A DNA stretch of 64,000 nt from Eledone cirrhosa (Eukaryota): NCBI GenBank assembly GCA_964016885.1, contig OZ024743.1, forward strand, positions 127,348,001 through 127,412,000. Reading direction: 5' to 3'. The position numbers were made by a program, and so were the translations under genes. Of the stretch, positions 54,797 to 64,000 are shown piece by piece (positions within the stretch are counted from its first letter, which is position 1; the number at the start of each line of letters is the position of its first letter). A model generated the notes under the pieces. The model was given only the letters and a program-made list of their open reading frames with translations, was not told where the DNA came from and did not search any database.

Positions 54797-55789
54797 ATAC
54801 ATACATACATGCATACATACATACACCTCAGGAGAAATATTACAATTTCAATGCTATTTTTAATAGATTAAGGTTGTTAATTATTTGATAATTTGATGAT
54901 ATTAAAGTAGTAAAATAAAGGATTTTAATAAATCAGGGATGGTAGATTAGGTAATGTTAATTCTTTTGATACTAGACTGTCTGAAACTGCATTTGATTTT
55001 ATAATAGAAAACTTTATATTAATCTAAACACCTTCCATCATAAAAAACCTTTGTTAAATTATGTTCCAAATACCATCTCAATTATGAAAAAGTTAATATT
55101 TCTAAATCCCTTGAAATATGGTAAGGAAACGGTTGTGTTAGAAAAAGTATTTTATAAATCTTATTTGTGATATTATCTGTAATAAGCTAAAACTGGATTG
55201 TTGTTTTTTTTTTGTTTATTGTGCTCTGCTGTCTTTCATTCTGTCTAATTGTTTAAAAGTCTTACCAAATATAGAGTATTTTTTCTCACCAGAATTCATG
55301 ATTTTCAAATGGTTGAACTGCTTTTGTCTCGATGATAATCTAGACAACCATCTAATCACTGGCTACTACTACTATTACTTGTTTTTTCCTCATCATCATC
55401 AACATCATGATGATGATCATCATCTCCACCACCACCACCACCATCACTAACATCATCAGTTAGAAACAGCCTATCAATAAATATAAAGCAATATTTTTTA
55501 AAATTGCTCTCTAGAGTCAATAGCATAGTTGTTGATCACTCTTACACCCAGTTTCTCTCTCTGTTCATTTATACTTTGCCATTTATCTATGTTACTATTA
55601 TATATCCATTGGAGTAGGCAAACGTCATTTCTTTCCAGTCTTCCCAGGTTCTCTGCACATAGCACCCAAGCCTTGCTACCATGCAGCATTGCTGTTCGTA
55701 GGTGTTTGCTGCTTATGGCTCCTGTGCAATAGCCACTTGTAAAACGCAAGTTCTTAACTAACGACCAAGCATAGACGAGTTGAGAGAGA

Positions 55790-56097
55790 AAGTGTGTATA
55801 AGAGAGATAAGTTGTAGTGTGCGGGAGAGAAGACTGCGTTGGTATGGACATGTGATGTGCTTGGAGGATGACCGCTAGGTAAAGAAGTGCCAAGAAATCC
55901 CAGGAGAAGGAAGCCGCAGTAGAGGAAGACCACAAAAATCATGGGCAGAGGTAGTGAAAGCTGACCTCAGGTCGCTGAAGCTCACAGAGGAGATGACGAA
56001 GACCGTGACGAATGAAGTGATGCTGTGCTGAATAGGACCTGTCCCACCTTTGCAAGCAGGAAAAAACAGACGTAAAATGATGATGATGATGATGATA
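55790..56097 (+). mobile_element. RTE 3' end of a short-UTR subfamily (a minus-strand RTE fragment lies at ~55530-55740)
   Basis: RLRWYGHV..GRPQKSWAEVVKADL; tail CCCACCTTTGCAAGCAGG..GACGTAAAA(TGA)n. Confidence 0.85.
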
Positions 56098-56111
56098 GGT
56101 ATCATTTAAGG

Positions 56112-56767
56112 TAATCCAGTTAGAGGTTATGAGTACTCTGTGTCGAGAATAGTTTTAATGTACGGCATTGTTTGACTCAACAAGAAGTTTCCTTAATCGG
56201 GTGGCGAGTTTAAGAAAGTTCCTAGGCAGGTGGTTCTTGGAGTAATAATAGCAAAAGAATGAGGAATAACATGGTCGGCTGTACAATAGGGTTTATTTAC
56301 AGTATTACAATTGTTTCTTTAATCAGGTGAGTCTAAAAGCCGCTGATCATTAGAAGTTATGTCACTCGATCTATTACAGTTCAGAATACTGAAGCGTACA
56401 TAACACAGAGCACTGATATTTATAGATACATGGGAGATAAATACCAGTGCCCTGCGTTATAAATGCTTCAGTATTCTGACGATTTGATCGGGTAGGAACT
56501 GTAATTAAGGTCAAGTGATGTAACTTCTAATGATCAACGGCTTTTAGACTCACCTGATTAAAGAAACAATTGTAATACTGTAAATAAACCCTATTGTACA
56601 GCCGACCATGTTATTCTTCATTCTTTTGCTATTATTACTCCAAGAACCACCTGCCTAGGAACTTTCTTAACTGGCCACCCGACTAAGGAAACTTCTTGTT
56701 GAGTCAAACAATGCTGTACATTAAAACTATCCTCGACACAGAGTACTTACAACCTCTAGCTGGATTA
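56112..56767. mobile_element. 656 bp near-perfect palindromic non-coding element with a hammerhead motif
   Basis: Arms are reverse complements about ~56428; HHR at 56469-56580 (+). Confidence 0.85.
56469..56580 (+). ncRNA. Type I hammerhead motif with palindromic stem III
   Basis: cagtatt CTGACGA tttgatcgggt...acctgattaaa GAAA caattg TA atactg (1 nt bulge in stem I). Confidence 0.7.
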
Positions 56768-56949
56768 TATATGTGTGTGTGTGTGAAGTAAGAATGGAAA
56801 CAGCACAGAAGTTTATTTAAAGAATCTTTTTTCTTCTTTAATCCATCAAAGTGTCATTATAGTAAAAAAGGAGAAAAACAATTTTTAAAAATATACATAT
56901 ATATACACACACACCTATGTATATATATGTGTGTGTATATCACACCATC

Positions 56950-57285
56950 TGTTGAGTCAGTGTTGTTGCATGGATCAGGTACATGGACCCCGACACAAGC
57001 ACTTGTACACTAAGTTGCTTAGGATTGTACAAAACATAAACTGGCATCGATGTATTACAAATGAAGGAAACTTGCCAAAGATGACAACTACAATTGCTCA
57101 AAAACAATTACGATTTGTTGGACATTACTAAAGAAATAAGCAGGAAGTTATACACAAGCTGCTATTGTGGCAACTAAACTCATGGGAGATGCAGTAGAGG
57201 AAAACCTGCTCAAACATTCATCGACCAGCATTCAAATGATACAAACCTCAGTAGAGAGCAGTTGCCAGGAATAATAGAAAATTGG

Positions 57286-57328
<43 letters not shown>

Positions 57329-58241
57329 CATCATCATCATTTTATGTCCATTTTTCCGTGCTTGCATGGGTTGGACTGGTCCTGTTCAGCACAGCATCTC
57401 TCCACATGCTGCGATCCTTCGTCAACTCCATTGTGAGTTTCAGTATTTTGAGATCAGCTCTCACCACCTCTGCCCATGTCATCCTCTACTACAGCTAACT
57501 TTTCATTTGGAGGGAGAATCCTTTTGTTGTCAACACAAGTAATAGTTCCTTAAACTTCTTCCATCCTATCCTTATTCTAGCTACTATACTCTCGGAGCAG
57601 CCTCCTCCACTGCTAATTAAATCACCTAGATTCTATGGATCCTTCTTAGAAAAGATTTATATCATTGTCACTTCTATTTTCAATTAACCTTGAACATCTA
57701 CATACAGTTTTTCTTGTTAGTTTTTCCTGTTAGTCTACTATTATTCCATTATGTCTCTTTGTGTACTTAAAATGTACATTGTATAGAGTTTATGTCTGCT
57801 CCTTTTCTACATATTGAGCAGGGCCACTTTCATGAAGAAGCTAGAATCCTCTCATCGCTTCTACTTACTAGCACTTTAGTTTTGGCTAACTTTACTCTCA
57901 GCCCTTTTGATTCCAAATTCTGTTTCCACAGTCAGAATTTAATCTCTAGTTTCATGTATGAGGACCAAATCATCAGTGTACAGAGGTTCCCATGGACAAC
58001 CAGTCTTGAACTCTTCTGTTATGGCCTGGAGAACTATGATGAACAGAAGTGGACTGAGGACAGAGCCATGATGAACTTCTACCTGTTCCTTAAATTCCTC
58101 ACTAAACTCATATCCTACTCTCACTTTACTGACAGCTCCACTGTACATGACTTACACCACTCCCATAAGACACTCTTCTACTGCTACTTTCTTTAGAGAT
58201 CACCAGATGACAGATCGAGGTACTCTGTCAAAGGCTTTTTC
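56950..58241. mobile_element. Degraded RTE fragments (plus ~56950-57285; minus ~57328-58241)
   Basis: LRFVGH-like C-terminus; GSVLSPLLFIIVL..GCPWE..YTDDL. Confidence 0.75.
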
Positions 58242-58244
58242 TAT

Positions 58245-60364
58245 ATCATCATCATCATCAACGTTTAACGTCCGTGTTCCACGCTTGCATGGGTTTGGAC
58301 GGGGGTAGTCCCACTTGAGGCAAGAGTGATTGTCTTGCTCGCATAGGACTGTCTGGCAGGTTTTCTACAGTTGGATGCCCTTCCTAACACCAACCACATT
58401 TACAGTGTGGGTCTGGGAGGTTTTTACCGTGTTGCCTACACGGCCACATTACAGCGTGGACTGTGTGTTTTTTTGTCGTGATACCTACACGATCTCATTT
58501 GTTTCGGCCTCGATGGCGCGGCACCAACATAACTTTACATAGAACGGGGTGGTGTGGATGGGGTGGGGGTGGTGGTGGTGGGATGGGGTGTATTTTGTTA
58601 GAGATGCCTACTGGCTGGAGTAGATTTTACTATATATTTAGGTAAGGCGGGTCTTCTCTGTTAGTGAGTACCGCCAAAGGTCTCGGTCCAGTGACATTGT
58701 CTTGGAGAGGTGTAAGTGTGTGATGTCGGAGTTTATCAGCTCGTCCCAGGTTTTTCTAGGTCTGCCTATTCCGTGACTACCGTCTATCTTTATTGCCCTG
58801 CACTTTGTTATACAGCTATCGACTTTCATGCGCATCACGTGTCCATACCAACGTAGCCTTCTCTCGAGTAAACAACATCTGATCCCTCTTATCTCTAATT
58901 TTTTCCTTAGTTCGTTTATGCTTTGCCGTTCACGTATATTACTGTTACACATCCAGCGGAGCATGCAAGCTTCGTTCCTCTCTAGTCTGCGTATATCCTC
59001 TGCACACAATGCCCAGGTCTCACTGCCATGCAGCATTGCTGTTCGTATGCAGGCATCGTACAACCTGCCTTTCATTTTTAGGGAGAACCCTTTAGCAGCT
59101 AATAGTGGTATAAGCTCTCTGAACTTTTTCCAACCAGTTCTGACTCTAGCTACAGTACTTTCAGAGCACCCTCCCCCACTGCTGATTTTATCGCCCAGGT
59201 AACGGAAGCTGTCCACTATTTCTATAGAACCCTCTGCGCAATTGAAAGAGCTAGTATTTTGTGGGCACTTGCTGCTACTTATCGCACCAGAACACCGGCC
59301 ACATGTAAAATCTATGTTCTTAGTTAGCTTACCTGTGATCCCACTACATCTTTTATGCATCCATACTTTGCATTTAGGACATAAAATGGAGTTTCTACCT
59401 ACGCCTTTCCTACACACCGAGCACGACCATTTCCCAGAAGGGACCGCCGCCTTGTTTTCTTTCCTACAAACTAGTACTTTGGTTTTAGCCAGGTTAATTT
59501 TAAGTCCTTTTGACTCTAGGCCGTGCTTCCATGTTTGGAATTTCTTCTCTAGCTCGGCCATTGATTCCGCTATGAGTGTCAGGTCGTCTGCGTATAGGAG
59601 TTCCCATGGGCAGCCTGTCTTGAACTCCTCTGTTATAGCCTGAAGGGCAATAATAAATAGTAGGGGGCTGAGAACAGAGCCCTGATGGACGCCAACTTTT
59701 ACGCTAAACTCTTCACTATATTCGTTGTTAATTCTAACCTTGCTGACTGTTTCTTTATACATGGCTTGTATAGCCCTCACAAGCCATTCGTCAACGCCTA
59801 GTTTTCTAAGAGCCCACCAGATAATGGAGCGGGGGACTCTGTCGAAGGCTTTCTCCAAGTCGACAAAAGCTAAGTAGAGGGGTTTACCTTTAGCTAGGTA
59901 CTTCTCCTGTAGTTGTCGTACTATGAAAAGAGCGTCTGTGGTACTTTTGCCTGACACAAACCCGAACTGCATTTCATCTAGGTCAATTCTCTCTCTGATT
60001 AGTTGCGCTATTACTTTTTCCGTGACCTTCATGACCTGGTCGATTAATTTAATGCCTCTATAGTTACTCCTATCTAGGGCGTCTCCTTTACCCTTATAAC
60101 AGTTAACGATGATGCTGCTATGCCAGTCCTTCGGAACAACCCCATTCTGTACGACTTGGTTAACTATGCGGGTGACCATGGTGTGTCCCACCGTGCCAGA
60201 TGCCTTCAGCATCTCAGCAACTATTTCCGAAGGCCCAGCCGCCTTACCCGTCTTCATATCCTTGATTGCCTTACTTATTATACTCCCCTCGACTAACACT
60301 GCTGGTCCCTCTATTGGGTCGATATGGGGGAGACTGTCTTTCTCCCATTTATTCTCCTCATTTA

Positions 60365-60366
<2 letters not shown>
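58245..60366 (-). mobile_element. Young 5'-truncated RTE LINE with an uninterrupted RT-PHD-C-terminal frame
   Basis: ORF 58638-60366 nearly identical to 25266-26917; 5' end abuts (TA)n at 60366-60450. Confidence 0.97.
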
Positions 60367-60453
<87 letters not shown>

Positions 60454-60581
60454 GAAAAGCAAGCGTGTTGTTTTGAAGACAGCAAGTGAAGTTTGAAATT
60501 GAGTTAGAATAGAAGCTTTCGCTGTATTTTGACTAAAGAAAATTAGTGGAGTTTAAAACCTAAATGTATGTACATATATAT

Positions 60582-61788
60582 ATCATCATCATCAAAATCA
60601 CCATTTTATGTCCATTCTTCCACACTAGCATGGATTAGATGAGTTCTCCTGTTGTAGGCAATGCCACGTCAGGTGACCGTGCCTTGCTCATAGAGAACTG
60701 ATTGTGGCTTGGTTACTGCAGCTGGATACCCTTCCTAACAACAACCTCATTTACAGTGAGTAATGGGTGCTTTTTACCATGGTACCTACATGACCACTTT
60801 ACAGTGTGGACTGGCTGATTTTTTGTTGTGACACTTACACAACCACTTTACAATGGAAAGGCGGTAGGGGCATACTGTCTATATGCTTCAGCTTCAGCTT
60901 GTACCTGTGGGAAGTCGGGTCTTCTCTATTACTGCGTGACGCCAGAGGTCTCAGTCCTGTGTCATCACCTTTGAGAGGTGCAATTGGGCAAGGTCAGCTT
61001 TTATTACCTCACCCCAGGTCTTGGGTCTCCCCACTCCAAAGCATCCATCAACTTTTAGCGCTCTGCACCTTTTTATGCAGCTGTCATCCTTTATATGCAT
61101 CACATGTCCATACCCACATAATCTCCTCTCCTGCACACAGCATTTGATTCCTCTTATGCCTAGTCTCTCTCTCAATTCATTTATGCTTTGCTGTTCACGT
61201 ATATTACTATTACACATCCATCGGAGCATGCAAGCTTCGTTTCTTTCCAATCTATGCAAGCCTTCTGCACACAATGCCCAAGTCTCACTACCATGACAGA
61301 TTGCTGTTCATATGCATGCATCATACAGTCTGCCTTTCATTCTGAGAGAAAATCCTTTTGTAGCCAGCAGTGGTAGTAGCTCCCTGAACTTCTTCCATCC
61401 CATTCTTACCCTGGTTACTATACTTTCAGAACACCCACCTCCATTGCTAATTCAGTCACCTAGGTAGCAGAAGCGGCCTACTGTTTCTACCAAGCCCTCC
61501 AAGAATTTGGTGGTGCTTGTTTCCTGTGGTCGTTTGCTGCTTACCATTTTGGTGCAACTGCTACATGTAAAGCCTACATTCTTAACTAACTTCCTGAGAT
61601 CCCACTACATCTCTTTAGTACCCATAGTTTGGGGCAGAGGATGGAATTTCTATCTCCATCTCTCCTACATACTGAGCAAGACCATTTCTCGGTGGGGATC
61701 TGGGTTCTGTTTTCTCTTCTACTTACGAGGACCTTAGTCTTTGACAGGTTGACTTTGAGACCCCTTCTTTCTAGGTTCTGCTTCCACT
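60582..61788 (-). mobile_element. Older 5'-truncated RTE copy (subfamily of 2717-3856)
   Basis: RLERNEACMLRWMC..GRPKTW; frameshifts. Confidence 0.9.
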
Positions 61789-61805
61789 ATATGTATATGT
61801 GTGTG

Positions 61806-61836
<31 letters not shown>

Positions 61837-62316
61837 AGGTAGATTATATGAGTTGATGATACAATTGTATAAGGCAGTCAGCTATTTAAAGCTCTAATGT
61901 AATTTTATCCACATCAGGATTGGTGAAAGACAGTTCAGAATTAAATCTAATTTGTAAGTCATCTTAGTATTACAAAAGCACATAGCATTCATAAAGGAAA
62001 AAATGCTAATCCCCGAGGTTCAATACATTAATACATTATTTAATTTATTCACATGTTTCATTTAAATACAAAAGGAGGTAGCATTTAATTCCTTTGTAGA
62101 TAAATCGTCAGAATCACTAGATAATATAAAAAACATATTTATTTACTGACCACATGTTTTTGTCTCCAGATATGAAGTTTGAAAAACGTAAACAAGTTTT
62201 AGGGAAAGTGTTAAAAATTATTGAAGGCTGAATACGTAAAAAAAAGTTTTTAACTGTATAAATTATCTAGTGGTTAGTATGACTGGTATACTGAACACTC
62301 ATTATTTTGACTTGAA

Positions 62317-62502
62317 GGGCGGTGGATTGGCAGTATCGGTAGAGAGTCGGACACCATGTTTTGAAGCATAGAGTTACGTCCCTTTATGATCTGAGTTCAA
62401 ATCCCGCCGAGGTTAACTTTGCCTTTCATCCTTACGGGGTCGATAAAATAAAGTACCAGTAATGTACTGGTTATTGCTGGCCTTGTGCCTAAAATAGAAA
62501 CA
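62317..62502 (+). mobile_element. Full-length Meta-domain-like SINE
   Basis: TSD ATTATTTT(G/C)ACTTGAA at 62301-62316 and 62503-62518. Confidence 0.9.
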
Positions 62503-63018
62503 ATTATTTTCACTTGAATATATTATAGGAGTGAAGTTAGGACTTATCAATCCAATACCATTTATTCCATAAAGTTACAATCAAATTTAATTTTAAGTAT
62601 ATAGTATTTTAAGAAAAAAAACATTAAAATTATGGAAGCCTATATTAGCTATAATATATCAGCTTGTAAGATGATTTAATTTTTTTAGAATTATTTACCT
62701 GGAGGTTACAACTATTTATATTAAATTGTGTACATGTGCACATACTCATCTAGGTACACACAGACATAAAAGCACACACATGTATGGGTACATGTGTGCT
62801 CACATAGACACACATACACATGCCGTATTATATTACTATGGTAATGATATGTAAGAAAGATGTGTACTAGTTGACTAGTTCTATATGCGTGTATTGTTGC
62901 ACACTCGCATTATCCACATACTTACACACTTAGATGTATAAATATATATATATAGACACCTATACACTGATGAAAGCACACGCAAATATATACATAACTG
63001 GCCAGAGATAAACATTTA

Positions 63019-63880
63019 TAAGGTGGTATAAAAATGTTTCTGGACTAGTTCTGTAGCGCACCAATCAATGGTAACACACAGTTCTGCACACAGTGAGAGC
63101 TAGCAGTGACCTTCATGCACCAGTGTGCTGAGTAACATCACTGTGTTCACTTTGCAAACTGTGAAATTTGGGTTTTGTGATCATGTGTATGCTGTAGCCT
63201 GCGATTTCTTTCATGAACAGGAAGTTAAAACAAAATGCCAACGTGAAATTTTGCATTCAACTTGGGAAGTCTGCTACAGAGATATTGAGCATGCTTTGGT
63301 AAGCTTATGGTGATGATACAATGGGTTGTATGCAATGTTTCAAGTGACATAGGCACTTCAAAAGGCACGACAGAGCCACAGCTCAATCATGAGCATGCTC
63401 ATCGTTTTTTTCGACATGCATTGAGAATTTGTTCCCCAGGGCCAGACCGTCAATCGAGAGTTCTACTGCAACGTATTGAAGCATTTGTGGAGCGCGAAGA
63501 ATTGGATTCTTCACAACGATAATGCACCCTGTCACCAAGCTCTCGTTATTCGAGTTTCTCTCCCAAAACAACATTATATCATTTCCGCACCTGCCCTATT
63601 CACCAGATTTAGCACCTGTCGACTTCCATCTCTTCTCCAAGCTGAAAATGCAGTTCAAAGGTCGTCATTTTAACACCGTTGTCAAGATCCAAAGCAAATT
63701 GCAGAAGGTCTCCTTAATGGAAAACAACTTCCAGGCCGGATTCCAAAAGTTGCAAGAATGCTGGGACTGGTATATTGTTGTGCAAGATGACTATTTCAAA
63801 GGAGATAATGTAAAAACTTAGTTAAATATATTAATTTTTTTTAAACATAACTAGTCCGGAAATATTTTGATACCACCTCG
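63019..63880 (+). mobile_element. Internally deleted mariner
   Basis: TIRs (TA)AGGTGGTAT.AAAAT.TTTC.GGACTAGTT and AACTAGTCCGGAAATATTTTGATACCACCTCG; TA flanks; HNDNAPCH and PYSPDLAPVDF motifs. Confidence 0.9.
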
Positions 63881-63932
63881 TATATCATCATCATCATTGT
63901 TTAATGTCCATCTTCCATTATCTGCAATATAG

Positions 63933-64000
63933 ATGGTGAATTGGCAGTATCAGTAGAGGGTCGGACGCCATGCTTTGCAGCATAGAGTTATGGCCCTTTA
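63933..64000 (+). mobile_element. 5' part of a Meta-domain-like SINE (window edge)
   Basis: Matches 62317-62385. Confidence 0.8.

Overview
AT-rich animal genomic DNA made almost entirely of transposable elements and microsatellites. The SINE/RTE repertoire looks cephalopod (octopus-like); that is an inference. I found no convincing host protein-coding exon, and the long Y/I-rich ORFs are (TA)n artefacts. Contents: more than 10 RTE-clade LINE copies (APE-RT with an internal C4HC3 PHD-type finger, (ATG)n tails, mostly inserted in TA runs); three R4/Dong-like RLE retrotransposons in (CATA)n; a CRE-like RLE remnant; Tx1/L1-like 3' ends; two lineages of Penelope-like elements (RT + GIY-YIG); two mariners; MITEs; a Gypsy-type 5' LTR with a tRNA-Trp PBS; and several tRNA-derived SINE families. 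The main signal, invisible in the ORF track, is a dense set of hammerhead-ribozyme motifs (CUGANGA...GAAA...UH): about 18 copies in at least 8 sequence-unrelated families. Some lie in Penelope pseudo-LTRs. Others lie in non-coding tandem (466 bp and 672 bp units) or palindromic head-to-head elements that resemble retrozymes or non-autonomous PLEs. In one element the inverted arm starts exactly at the predicted self-cleavage site. All folds and coordinates were read by eye, so boundaries may be off by a few bases.
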